The notes under the pieces are model-generated. The model was not told the origin of the DNA. It saw nothing but the letters and a program-made list of their open reading frames with translations, and ran no database searches. The position numbers were made by a program, and so were the translations under genes. DNA of 64,000 bases from positions 780,311-844,310 of the forward strand of contig CAVTAS010000008.1 in the NCBI GenBank assembly GCA_963732765.1. The letters run 5' to 3'. The DNA comes from an uncultured Alphaproteobacteria bacterium (lineage in GTDB: Bacteria; Pseudomonadota; Alphaproteobacteria; Rhizobiales; Hyphomicrobiaceae). This document shows positions 9,316 through 18,478 of the stretch, piece after piece. How positions within the stretch are numbered: the stretch's first letter is position 1; every line of letters starts with the position of its first letter.

Positions 9316-9712
9316 GCCAACCGATTTGCGAGCCAGGATTTTTCACTATGGTGGTTTTCTGCTGGCCGGAGGCCTCGCCTTCGTCACCGATGTCGGCGTG
9401 TTCCAGCTCTTGAACGTGGCGGCGGGGGTTGCCGCACTAATCGCCCGTCCCGTTAGCATTTCCGTTGCGATGATCGTCTCGTGGCTGATCAACCGCACTG
9501 TGACCTTCCCGATGCCCGGCCCGCCGCGCCTGCCCGAATTCCTTCATTTCGCCGCCCTCGCCTGGGTGGCCGCGGCGTTCAACTACGCGGTGTTCGCCGC
9601 GGTGCTATGGGGATGGCCGGAGATCTGGAAACCGCTCGCCATTTTCGTCGCCTCCCTGGCCGCAATGGTGCTCGGCTATGTCAACATGCGGTTTTCGGTG
9701 TTCCGGAAGTGA
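9308..9712 (+). CDS. GtrA-family membrane protein (LgmD-like; putative polyprenyl-P-sugar flippase component)
   Basis: Small four-TM protein with a GtrA-like profile. GTG start overlaps the YdjC stop. Confidence 0.7.
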   Translation: MSEPTDLRARIFHYGGFLLAGGLAFVTDVGVFQLLNVAAGVAALIARPVSISVAMIVSWLINRTVTFPMPGPPRLPEFLHFAALAWVAAAFNYAVFAAVLWGWPEIWKPLAIFVASLAAMVLGYVNMRFSVFRK

Positions 9713-9796
9713 CGCGGACAAGGCGTCCGTTCACCGAAAATGCACCATTGCCGCGCATTCTGTCCACTTACACCGGCCTGATGTTGGGAGTAGCCG

Positions 9797-10627
9797 ATGG
9801 CCCTTGACGATGTTCCGCTCGCCGAGCCGATGTCCCCTGGCGCCGAGCGTTTCAGCCGCGAAGCGCTCAAGCGCGGCGCCGCGCACAACGGCATCCTGCT
9901 GAGCTACGGCGACGATCCCATGCAGTCGATGCTGGTGTTTCCCGCCAAACGTCCGACCGGCCCAGTGCTGATCTTCTATCACGGCGGCAACTGGACCAAT
10001 GGTTCCAAGGATTGGTTCGCCTATCTCGCGCCCCTGCTGACTGCGCGCGGCATCACCTTCGTCAGCGTTGGCTATCGCCTTGCCCCGGGTGCGATGTTCC
10101 CGGTCGGCTGGGAGGATGCGCTCTACGGTTTCGACATCGCCGTGCGCAACATCGCCAAGTTCGGCGGCGATCCCAACCGGGTGTTCGTTTCCGGGCACGA
10201 TGCCGGCGCCCATTATGCCGCCCTGATGGCCTTGAAGGCCGGGTGGCGCGATGCGCTCTCCTTGCCGATGGATGTGGTCAAGGGCTGCCTGCCCATTTCC
10301 GGCTTCTACGATTTCGGCCCCAACGCCGGCTTTAAGAGCCGCCCGATGTTTCTGGGCATGCCCGAGCAGAAGGGCGAGCGTTACGCCTCCGCCATCCGCT
10401 ATGGCCATCCCAAAGCGCCGCCTTTCCTGGTCACCTATGGTTCGGACGACCTCCCCCATGCGCGCAGCCAGGGCCACGATTTCGTGCGCGCGCTGCGCCG
10501 CGAACACATGATGGCCGAGGAACTGGTGCTGGAAGGCCAGGACCATTTCGGCACGGCGCTGGCCATTGCCGAAGAAAACGGGCCCTGGATCGCCGCCGTC
10601 AACTGGATGACCGGTAACACCGGTTGA
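9797..10627 (+). CDS. Alpha/beta-hydrolase fold esterase/lipase
   Basis: HGGNW oxyanion motif and GHDAGAHYAA nucleophile-elbow-like motif; ends ...EGQDHFG. Confidence 0.7.
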   Translation: MALDDVPLAEPMSPGAERFSREALKRGAAHNGILLSYGDDPMQSMLVFPAKRPTGPVLIFYHGGNWTNGSKDWFAYLAPLLTARGITFVSVGYRLAPGAMFPVGWEDALYGFDIAVRNIAKFGGDPNRVFVSGHDAGAHYAALMALKAGWRDALSLPMDVVKGCLPISGFYDFGPNAGFKSRPMFLGMPEQKGERYASAIRYGHPKAPPFLVTYGSDDLPHARSQGHDFVRALRREHMMAEELVLEGQDHFGTALAIAEENGPWIAAVNWMTGNTG

Positions 10628-10700
10628 AGTGGTCTGGACGGATGCGGGCGATCTGAGGCAAATTACCCCCCGCTAGTCGCACCAACCGGGACGGTCCTCC

Positions 10701-11741
10701 ATGCGCATCGCAGCCGTGCTTGTCGCTATCCTGGCTCCAATCCTGAGCATCGCGTCGCCCGCAATTGCCGCCGACGACTGGGCGGCCTGCAAGAGCGACG
10801 ACTTCAAGGCCGTAGTCGCCAGCTGCAGCGCGCTCTTGAAGAAGGGCAAACTGAACCGTACGCAGACCATCGACGCGCTGACCAACCGCGCCTGGTCCTA
10901 TTACAACACCAACGACAACACCCTGGCGCTGGCCGACTACGCCGACTGCCTGAAGCGCGACGAGAACAACGTCACCTGCCTGAACGGCATGTCGGCCACC
11001 TATGTCGCGATGGAGTGGCACCCCGACGCCATCACTGTCGCCGACAAGGTGATCGCTCTCAATCCGCGCAATCAGTATGCCTACATCAACAAGGGCAATG
11101 CGCTGCACGCCACCTCGCGCTATCAGCAGGCGATCGAACAATACAACAAGGCGCTCGACGTGGCGCCCGGCTGGGTGCGCGCGTACTACCGCCGCGGCCG
11201 CTCCTTGAACGAGGTGGATCGCTACGAGGACGCCATCGCCGATTTCGACAAGGTGATGCTGATCGATCCCGAGTACACGCTGGCGTTGGGTGCGCGCGGC
11301 TACAGCCACCGCGTGCTCGGCCATCTCGACAAGGCGCTAGCCGATTTCAACGCCGCCACCGCTGCCGATGCCAAGGACGACTGGTCGTTCGTCGAGCGCG
11401 GCATGGTGCTGCTGCAGCGCAACGAGAATGAGAAGGCGCTGGCCGATTTCGACACCGGCATCTCGATGGCGCCGACGGTCACCTGGTACTACGGCCAGCG
11501 CGGCATCGCCCACTTCCGGCTAGGCAAGATCGAGGCCGCCAAGCAGGACTTCGAACGTGTTTTGAAGACCGTGAAAGACGACGCCATCGCGAACGTCCAT
11601 CTCGGCCAGATCTACCAGAAGGCCGGCAACACGGGCGCGGCCAAAGCATTCTACCGCGCCGCGATGATGGGCACGGTGTCCGACCCCGACACTCGCGAGG
11701 CACAGAAACAAGCGCTTAAACTGCTGGCGGCGGTGAAATAA
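10701..11741 (+). CDS. Secreted tetratricopeptide-repeat protein
   Basis: Signal peptide MRIAAVLVAILAPILSIASPAIAA followed by multiple TPR-like repeats (AY..RG......A..D...AL). Confidence 0.7.
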   Translation: MRIAAVLVAILAPILSIASPAIAADDWAACKSDDFKAVVASCSALLKKGKLNRTQTIDALTNRAWSYYNTNDNTLALADYADCLKRDENNVTCLNGMSATYVAMEWHPDAITVADKVIALNPRNQYAYINKGNALHATSRYQQAIEQYNKALDVAPGWVRAYYRRGRSLNEVDRYEDAIADFDKVMLIDPEYTLALGARGYSHRVLGHLDKALADFNAATAADAKDDWSFVERGMVLLQRNENEKALADFDTGISMAPTVTWYYGQRGIAHFRLGKIEAAKQDFERVLKTVKDDAIANVHLGQIYQKAGNTGAAKAFYRAAMMGTVSDPDTREAQKQALKLLAAVK

Positions 11742-11855
11742 ACGTGTGGTGTGTAGGTCGGATAGAGCCCCTTTTTCTGGGCGAAATCCGACAGCCGCAA
11801 GCGCTGCCCGTGAGGTGTCGGATCTCGCTGAAACGCATATCCGACCTACGTGGCC

Positions 11856-12209
11856 TCAGTCCAGCGCGGCCGTCACCATGATCTCGACGGTATATTCCGA
11901 GGCGGCTAGCTTGGCCTCGATCGTCGCGCGGGCGGGCGTATTGCCGGGCGAGACCCAGGCGTCCCAGGCCGAATTCATCTCGGAAAACGTCGAGATATCG
12001 GCGAGGAAAATCTGTGTCGTGATCAGTTTCTGCTTAGTCGTGCCGGCGGCCTGCAAGAGGCGGTCGATGGTGGCCAGGATGTCGGCGGTCTGCTCCTTGA
12101 CCGACTTTCCCTTGGCGGCATCGGCCACCACACCGGCCAGATAGACCATGTTGCCGTGGATCACGGCCTGGCTCATGCGCGGGCCAACTTCGAGACGCTT
12201 GATTGGCAT
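11856..12209 (-). CDS. ridA: RidA/YjgF-family reactive-intermediate deaminase
   Basis: MPIKRLEVGPRMSQAVIHGNMVYLAGVV...TVEIMVTAALD. GGAG RBS upstream of the ATG at 12209. The longer track ORF (to 12551) is a GC-rich upstream extension. Confidence 0.8.
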   Translation of the reverse strand: MPIKRLEVGPRMSQAVIHGNMVYLAGVVADAAKGKSVKEQTADILATIDRLLQAAGTTKQKLITTQIFLADISTFSEMNSAWDAWVSPGNTPARATIEAKLAASEYTVEIMVTAALD

Positions 12210-12334
12210 GGGTATGCTCCTCATTGGGGGCGGGATACGATCGTTGAGCGTGTAGCGCGCCGGGCAGACGACAACAACAGGGGGCCGAGGAGCAAGTTGC
12301 GGCGGGGCCGCCCCACGGGGTACGCCGCCGCGCC

Positions 12335-13051
12335 CTAGCGTTCGCCGCGCGATATCCGGTCGAGCTGTTTCTGCATCGCCGCCAGTTGGTCTTGCAGAGC
12401 CGAGATATCGTTCGGTGGCGTGACGGCCGCCGCGGGAGCAGCCGTCGTCAACGCATCGCGATCCACGATCGCATCCAGATCCGGCGTCCGGGTGGCGCCG
12501 ATGCCGTTCGGCATCGATCCCGCGCGCGGCAGTTTGGCGAACGGCGACCACATGCTCATGGCCTTCTCGAACAGCGCCATGTTGTGACGGGTCTGTTCCT
12601 GCATGGCCTCCAGCGCTGCCGCACCGAACGGCACCGCGCCGAACGGTGTCTTGTTGCCGATGCCCGCCGCCCCCCAGGTCTCTGCCATCTGCTTGCGGAA
12701 TCGCTCCTGCTCGCGCGCCAGTGTCTCGATGCTCATATCGAGATAGCTCGGCACCAGTTTGCCCATGCTGTCGCCATAGAAGCGGATCAGCTGGCGCAGG
12801 AAATTCACCGGCAATAGATTCTGCCCACGACCCTCCTGTTCCAGGATGATCTGGGTAAGGACGCTGTGCGTCAGATCTTCGCCTGTTTTGGCGTCGAACA
12901 CCACGAAATCGCGTTCGCCGCGCACCATTTCGGCCAGATCGTCCAGCGTCACATAGGTGCTGGTCTCGGTGTTATAGAGCCGCCGGTTCGCATACTTCTT
13001 GATTGTGACGGGCGTTTTCTTGGTCTGATCAGTTTGGGTGGTCTGGTCCAC
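12335..13051 (-). CDS. phaR: Polyhydroxyalkanoate synthesis repressor PhaR
   Basis: KKYANRRLYNTETSTYVTLDDL... N-terminal DNA-binding motif. It sits divergent to phaA. Confidence 0.85.
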   Translation of the reverse strand: MDQTTQTDQTKKTPVTIKKYANRRLYNTETSTYVTLDDLAEMVRGERDFVVFDAKTGEDLTHSVLTQIILEQEGRGQNLLPVNFLRQLIRFYGDSMGKLVPSYLDMSIETLAREQERFRKQMAETWGAAGIGNKTPFGAVPFGAAALEAMQEQTRHNMALFEKAMSMWSPFAKLPRAGSMPNGIGATRTPDLDAIVDRDALTTAAPAAAVTPPNDISALQDQLAAMQKQLDRISRGER

Positions 13052-13176
13052 GACGGGCCTCGGGCGTTGGGGGATCGCGGCGCGACAGACGATTGCTCGC
13101 CTTCGCAGATGCGAAACGATAGCACAAAATATAGGCAGGGAAACCGGCTTTACGGGGTGGGGGTCTCTGCTGCGAA

Positions 13177-13194
13177 CGCGAACAAATGTTCGCG
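13177..13194. promoter_or_regulatory. Perfect palindrome CGCGAACA-AA-TGTTCGCG in the phaR-phaA divergent intergenic region; candidate PhaR operator
   Basis: 8-bp perfect arms with a 2-bp spacer, about 80 bp upstream of the phaA ATG. CTGC-containing motifs lie nearby. Confidence 0.3.
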
Positions 13195-13272
13195 GTGGGC
13201 TATTGGACGCAAGGGCTGCCTGCTGCTAAATGAGGCATTCGCCCTCAGTTTCGGCCAGCAAGGATCACCTCC

Positions 13273-14462
13273 ATGAGCAAAGACGCCAACGCCATTGTCA
13301 TCGCCAGCGCCGCTCGGACACCCGTGGGATCGTTCAACGGAGCGCTCGCCAGCCTGCCCGCTCATGAACTTGGCCGCATCGCCATATCGGCGGCGCTGGA
13401 GCGTGCGGGCGTAAAGGCGGCCGACGTCAGCGAAGTCATCATGGGCCAGATCCTGACCGCCGGTCAGGGCCAGAACCCGGCCCGCCAAGCCTCGGTCAAT
13501 GCCGGCATCCCGCATTCGACGCCCGCTTGGGGCATGAACCAGCTGTGCGGCTCGGGCCTGCGCGCGGTCGCCCTGGGCGCGCAGCAGATCGCCGACGGCT
13601 CGGCCACGCATCGTGGTCGCGGGCGGCCAGGAGAGCATGAGCCAGGCGACGCATTGCGCCCACATGCGCGACGGCACCAAGATGGGCGACTTCAAGCTCA
13701 TCGATACCATGATCAAGGATGGTCTGTGGGATGCCTTTAACGGCTACCACATGGGCAACACGGCCGAGAACGTCGCCAAGCAGTGGCAGATCACGCGCGA
13801 ACAGCAGGATACGTTTGCCGTCGCTTCGCAGAACAAGGCCGAGGCGGCGCAGAAGGCCGGCAAATTCAAGGACGAGATCACGCCCGTGACGATCAAGGGC
13901 AAGAAGGGCGATACCGTCGTTTCGCAGGACGAGTACATCAAGTCTGGCGTCACCATGGAGAGCGTCGCCAAGCTTCGCCCCGCGTTCGACAAGGAGGGCA
14001 CGGTGACCGCGGCCAATGCGTCCGGCATCAACGACGGCGCGGCGGCCCTGGTGCTGATGACGGCGGCCGAGGCCAAGAAGCGCGGCATCGAGCCGATGGC
14101 GCGCATCGTGTCCTGGGCGACGCGTTGGCGTCGATCCCGCGATCATGGGCTCAGGCCCGATCCCGGCCTCGCGCGCGGCGCTGAAGAAGGCCGGCTGGAA
14201 GGCGGACGATCTCGATCTGGTGGAAGCCAACGAGGCCTTCGCGGCGCAGGCCTGCGCCGTCAACAAGGACCTCGGCTGGGATACCTCCAAGGTCAACGTC
14301 AACGGCGGCGCGATCGCCATCGGCCACCCGATCGGAGCATCAGGCGCGCGCGTGCTGACGACGCTGCTCTACGAGATGAAGCGCCGCGGCGCCAAGAAGG
14401 GCCTGGCCACGCTCTGCATCGGCGGCGGCATGGGCGTGGCAATGTGCGTCGAGCGGGATTGA
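13273..14462 (+). pseudogene. phaA: Acetyl-CoA C-acetyltransferase (beta-ketothiolase PhaA) interrupted by two apparent +1 frameshifts, at about 13610 and about 14126
   Basis: A thiolase is readable across three frames: 13273.. (…[13 protein letters not shown]), 13613.. ([11 protein letters not shown]…IVSWAT) and 14145.. (…[15 protein letters not shown]…[13 protein letters not shown]). Each junction is restored by deleting a C after ACG. Confidence 0.8.
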
Positions 14463-14468
14463 GCCGGC

Positions 14469-14651
14469 CGGGGACATGATGTTCATCGACGGCCTGCGCC
14501 GGCGCTTGAGATGCGCGCCTTTGTGGAGCCGTCGATGAACTTCGTGTCCCCAGTCTTTGGCTCCGCAGACTGGGGACACGAAGTTAAAGTTCACCCCGAA
14601 AGTCGTGCAGGACCTCGACAGGGCGCCGGGCGAACATGAACATCATGTCCC
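14469..14651. repeat. MITE-like nested palindromic element, family A (16-bp perfect terminal inverted repeat GGGGACATGATGTTCA / TGAACATCATGTCCCC), copy 1
   Basis: Outer 16-bp terminal inverted repeats. Inner inverted repeats: CCGTCGATGAACTTCGTGTCCCCAG and CTGGGGACACGAAGTT. A second copy lies at 28860-29047. Confidence 0.65.
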
Positions 14652-14710
14652 CGAACGAAAAAGGGGCGCCCGAAGCCGCCCCTGAACTCAATCTGAAATC
14701 GAACCGCCGC

Positions 14711-16339
14711 CTACACCCTTGCCCGCTGCCGCCCAAACCGCGGCGCCTGCTCGAAGCGCGCGTGATCCTCGTCGGACTGCCAGCGGTCGTCGCCGCGCTG
14801 CGCTGACACGCCACCGTTCATCTGCGGAATGTTCGCTTGCTCGGCTGACCGCGGCACCGCCCCGGGGATACCACCCGTGAACCAGGCGTCGATCAGATCG
14901 ATCTCGTCGCTGGAGAGCTGCATGCCCTGGCTGCGGCAGCGCGCGATCACGAAGTTGCGGAAGCGTCCCGCAAACACCGCCGGCGACACGCCCTGCTCGA
15001 AGTAGGGATCGGCCTCGCGCACCACATCGATGACGAAGCGGATATCGTCGCGGCGCGGGTCGAAACCTTCGCGGCGGGCGCGCTTCAGCACGTTGTTGAC
15101 GGTGCTGTCGCCGTTGAAGGTGAACTCGCGCAGTTCGGCCGACAGCAGCTCGAACAGCATCTTGTATTCCGGCGGCGCCAACGGCGGGGCCTGGCAGGCC
15201 TCGTGGATCTTGGCCACCGACTGCTGCAGATGCTGGGCCGACGACTGCGCCAGGTTCTGCGTGCGTGGACGGGGCTGCAACGGCGCCGGCTCGGCCGGAC
15301 GGTCGATTTGACGCTTGGCCGGAGCGGCCTGCTGGCTGGCAACCTGCTGGCCGGCACGCGCTGGGGCGGGCTGCAGCGGCACCACGGTGGGCGCTTCGGC
15401 AACCGGAAGGTCGATCGGCGCCAGACGCTCCGGGCTGAAGATCATATAGGGCGGTTCGGCCGTGACCTGCAGACGTTCGGGCAGGTGCTGAGCCAGGAAA
15501 GCCTTGAAGCCTCCCGTGCCAGCCCAATTCGAGCCTGAGGTCCGCTCGCTGCCAAGCGCGCGCTGGACGCGATCGGCGACCGCTTCCATGGCCAGCGGCT
15601 TGTCCGCGACATCAACCGTGGCGACCACCACGGCGATGATATCAGCGGCGATAGCGGCCGTTTCGGCGTCATTGCCTTGCGCAGCGTCTTGCGCTGGCTT
15701 GGCAGCCTCGGCAGCCGCCGGGCGCGCTGTCTCGGATGCGCCAGACAGCGCCCCCTCGATCAGCATCTTGATGAAATCGCCTTCACGGATCTCACCATCG
15801 CAGATGGCGGTGTAAGGTGTCGCCGTGTGTTCGTTGGCGAAGATGACCGTCGAACGGGCATGGGCCCTCAGGCGCTGCAGTACCGGCGTGAAGTCGGCAT
15901 CGCCGGACAGGATGATGAACTCATCGAAACGCGTCTCGTGGGTGAGATAATCGCGCATGTCCATGACCATGCGGATGTCGGACGAATTCTTGAGCTGCGC
16001 GGTCAGCGGCGGGCAGTCGACGATCTCGAAGCCGGCGCGCAGGAAGTGGTGGCGCACGAACGGGAACGACGACATGTCGGTCGAGTTGTCGCGGGAATTG
16101 CGCCGTGGCACTGGATTGCCATAGCAGCGGCTCATCACGATGCGCCGCTCGCGCTTGACGCCGTTGCCATTGGTTGTGGTGATCAGCTGGCCCTGTTCGA
16201 TGGCCTTCAGCCAATGCACCGCATCCTTGGCGAAGCGGCGCGCCGCCTCCTCGTCTTTCCGCTTCAACGACAAGTAGATGTTGTCGTAGTCGACGAAGAT
16301 CGCGCTCAGGCACGGTCCGTCACTGTTCCTCGTCATCAC
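14711..16339 (-). CDS. NYN (LabA-like) nuclease-domain protein with a low-complexity linker and a C-terminal domain of unknown function (possibly OST-HTH/LOTUS)
   Basis: N-terminus ...LSAIFVDYDNIYLS...ILSGDADFTPVLQRL is a NYN/LabA signature. Central Ala/Pro/Gln-rich linker, then a structured C-terminal approximately 150 aa. Confidence 0.7.
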   Translation of the reverse strand: MMTRNSDGPCLSAIFVDYDNIYLSLKRKDEEAARRFAKDAVHWLKAIEQGQLITTTNGNGVKRERRIVMSRCYGNPVPRRNSRDNSTDMSSFPFVRHHFLRAGFEIVDCPPLTAQLKNSSDIRMVMDMRDYLTHETRFDEFIILSGDADFTPVLQRLRAHARSTVIFANEHTATPYTAICDGEIREGDFIKMLIEGALSGASETARPAAAEAAKPAQDAAQGNDAETAAIAADIIAVVVATVDVADKPLAMEAVADRVQRALGSERTSGSNWAGTGGFKAFLAQHLPERLQVTAEPPYMIFSPERLAPIDLPVAEAPTVVPLQPAPARAGQQVASQQAAPAKRQIDRPAEPAPLQPRPRTQNLAQSSAQHLQQSVAKIHEACQAPPLAPPEYKMLFELLSAELREFTFNGDSTVNNVLKRARREGFDPRRDDIRFVIDVVREADPYFEQGVSPAVFAGRFRNFVIARCRSQGMQLSSDEIDLIDAWFTGGIPGAVPRSAEQANIPQMNGGVSAQRGDDRWQSDEDHARFEQAPRFGRQRARV

Positions 16340-16720
16340 CGGCTAACCCCCGCATCAAGCAACCCGCCGAATCACATTGAGGAATACTAGGGAGGATTCT
16401 CTTTGGGGGACAAGCGTGGGTCCGGCAACACGGCGAAGTGAAAGTAAAAAATCATTTGTTTTCAATCTGTTGTGAGTGGCGTCCGGGTCCAGATAGGCGT
16501 GGATAAGGTGTTGCCGGCGCATCTCGATCCGGCAACGCGGCCCCGATTTGCCCGAATCGCGCGCGGCAGGCAGGCCGCCTCGATTGAGTCACACCGGGGC
16601 CGCTAAGCCGCCTCAAGTGAGACATGCGGCGCGGCAACTACAACCACAGATTGCGGAATGGGGCAAGGGGAGTGCATGATCCACCCTCTCCCCCGCGACT
16701 TCGCGCGGGGGGTAAGAAGG

Positions 16721-17491
16721 TCACCCTCTATTCTTGCGTTCACGGATTTCGGCAAAGACCTTCCAATCCAGCGCATCCGGCATCCCGAGGCGTTGACGGA
16801 TTTCCGGGCTGTTTGGACGCAGGAACGGGTTCGCGGCCAGCTCGGCGCCGATGGTGGATGGGCACGTCGGCTTGCCAGCCGCGCGCAAGGCATCGACTTC
16901 GGCCGCCCGCGCGACCAGCGATGCATTGCCCGGCTCGATGGTCAGGGAGAATTTTGCGTTTGCCTGGGTGTATTCGTGGCCGCAATAGAAAGTCGTCTCA
17001 GGCGGCAGCGCCATCAGCTTTTGCAGCGAGGCCCACATCATTTCAGGGTCTCCCTCGATAATGCGGCCGCAGCCGAGCGAGAACAGCGTGTCGGCGACGC
17101 AGGCGATCTTGGCTTCGGGGAACCAATAGGAGATGTGTCCCAGCGTATGGCCGGGCGTGTCCAAGACCTCGACCATATGAGCGCCCAGCTTGAACGTCTC
17201 GCCGCCGCCGATTGGCGTATCGATCCCAGGGATTTTCGCTGCCTCGCGCTTGGGGCCGATGATTTTGCAGCCCGTGTCGGCCTTGATATCGAGGTTGCCC
17301 TCCACGTGGTCGGCATGGTGGTGAGTGACCAGCAGATGCGTCAGTGACCAGCCTGTGTCCTTGAGCGCCTTGCGCATGGCCGCCGTCTCGGGCGCGTCGA
17401 TAGCCACCGCCGAGCCGTCGTCGGCGTAGCGCAACAGGAGGCCGAAATTGTCGGAGCGGCAGGGGAATTGGTGAGCCTGTAAAGCGATCAT
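16721..17491 (-). CDS. gloB: Hydroxyacylglutathione hydrolase (glyoxalase II)
   Basis: MIALQAHQFPCRSDNFGLL...THHHADHVEGN... metallo-beta-lactamase fold. ATG at 17491. Confidence 0.85.
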   Translation of the reverse strand: MIALQAHQFPCRSDNFGLLLRYADDGSAVAIDAPETAAMRKALKDTGWSLTHLLVTHHHADHVEGNLDIKADTGCKIIGPKREAAKIPGIDTPIGGGETFKLGAHMVEVLDTPGHTLGHISYWFPEAKIACVADTLFSLGCGRIIEGDPEMMWASLQKLMALPPETTFYCGHEYTQANAKFSLTIEPGNASLVARAAEVDALRAAGKPTCPSTIGAELAANPFLRPNSPEIRQRLGMPDALDWKVFAEIRERKNRG

Positions 17492-17587
17492 TGGGGAGAA
17501 CCTTGTAACGGAGGGATCGAAAATCAGCGTACCATTCCCCAATTCTCGTTAGAATGCCTTTGTCGCCTGTCCACCGGGAGCCCTGCC

Positions 17588-18478
17588 ATGCATCAGGACG
17601 TCGCCGAGCTGTCGGCCTTCTATGACAGGGTGATGGGCGTTCATGCGCGCGAGCTGATAGCTACGCAGATCCGCGCGCGCTGGCCAAACGTCAAGGGCAT
17701 GACGGTGATGGGCCTGGGCTACGCCACACCCTATCTGGAGCCCTTCGTCGGCGAGGCTTACCGCGTCGGCGCGCTGATGCCGGCCGAGCAGGGCGCGCGC
17801 GCCTGGCCGGCAGGCGGCCCCATACGCTCCATCGTGGTCGACGAGGAGGCGCTGCCTCTGCCCGACGCCAGCGTCGACCGGGTACTGGCGGTTCATGCCA
17901 TCGAGATGAGCGACGCCGTCAAGCGGACATTGCGCGAGATCTGGCGCGTGCTGAAACCGGAAGGCCGCGCACTGATTGTGGTGCCGAACCGGCGTAGCAT
18001 CTGGGCGCACTGGGATGTCACGCCGTTCGGCGAAGGCCAGCCTTTCACCAAGCAGCAGCTGGAGGCGCTGCTGTCGGGCGGCATGTTCCATATCGAGAGT
18101 TGCAGCTTTGCGCTGGCCACGCCCCCTTTGCAGCTGGCCGCGCTCTGGCGCTACGCCGACACCACCGAGAAGTTTGGGCTGAAGTTGTGGCCCGCGATCT
18201 CCGGCGTGATCATTTTGGAAGCCACCAAGCAGGTCTCGGCGACCATCCCCAAGGGCAAGGCGCAGCTGGTGACGGGGCGGTTGCGGCCGGTCGCGGCCGT
18301 CAGTCCCAATGGCTCACACGCTGTCGCCGCTGCCGAGGGTGACCCGACGGGTCATCAGGAACACGGCCTGGGTGCCCAGCAGGTTCTGCAGCATGGGCGG
18401 GATGCCCAGCCCCAGCCGCTGTCCGGCGCTGTCCAGGGCGACGCGCCGCTCTATGCGGGCGTCGATAAGATCGCATAG
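17588..18478 (+). CDS. Class I SAM-dependent methyltransferase. The 3' end overlaps convergent metW by about 165 nt; the true C-terminus is uncertain.
   Basis: Methyltransferase-11-like core (VLAVHAIEM...LKPEGRALIVVPN). The last roughly 55 codons are low-complexity and overlap metW. Confidence 0.6.
   Translation: MHQDVAELSAFYDRVMGVHARELIATQIRARWPNVKGMTVMGLGYATPYLEPFVGEAYRVGALMPAEQGARAWPAGGPIRSIVVDEEALPLPDASVDRVLAVHAIEMSDAVKRTLREIWRVLKPEGRALIVVPNRRSIWAHWDVTPFGEGQPFTKQQLEALLSGGMFHIESCSFALATPPLQLAALWRYADTTEKFGLKLWPAISGVIILEATKQVSATIPKGKAQLVTGRLRPVAAVSPNGSHAVAAAEGDPTGHQEHGLGAQQVLQHGRDAQPQPLSGAVQGDAPLYAGVDKIA

Noticed and set aside
14469-14651. Possible CRISPR array suggested by repeated GGGGACA…/…TGTCCCC motifs
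   Set aside because: The repeats are inverted and nested, not direct. There are no regularly spaced 25-40-bp direct repeats with unique spacers, and no cas genes. No CRISPR array exists in the window.
16680-16720. GC hairpin CCCCCGCG…CGCGGGGG just 3' of gloB as an intrinsic terminator
   Set aside because: No U-tract follows on the gloB transcript strand.
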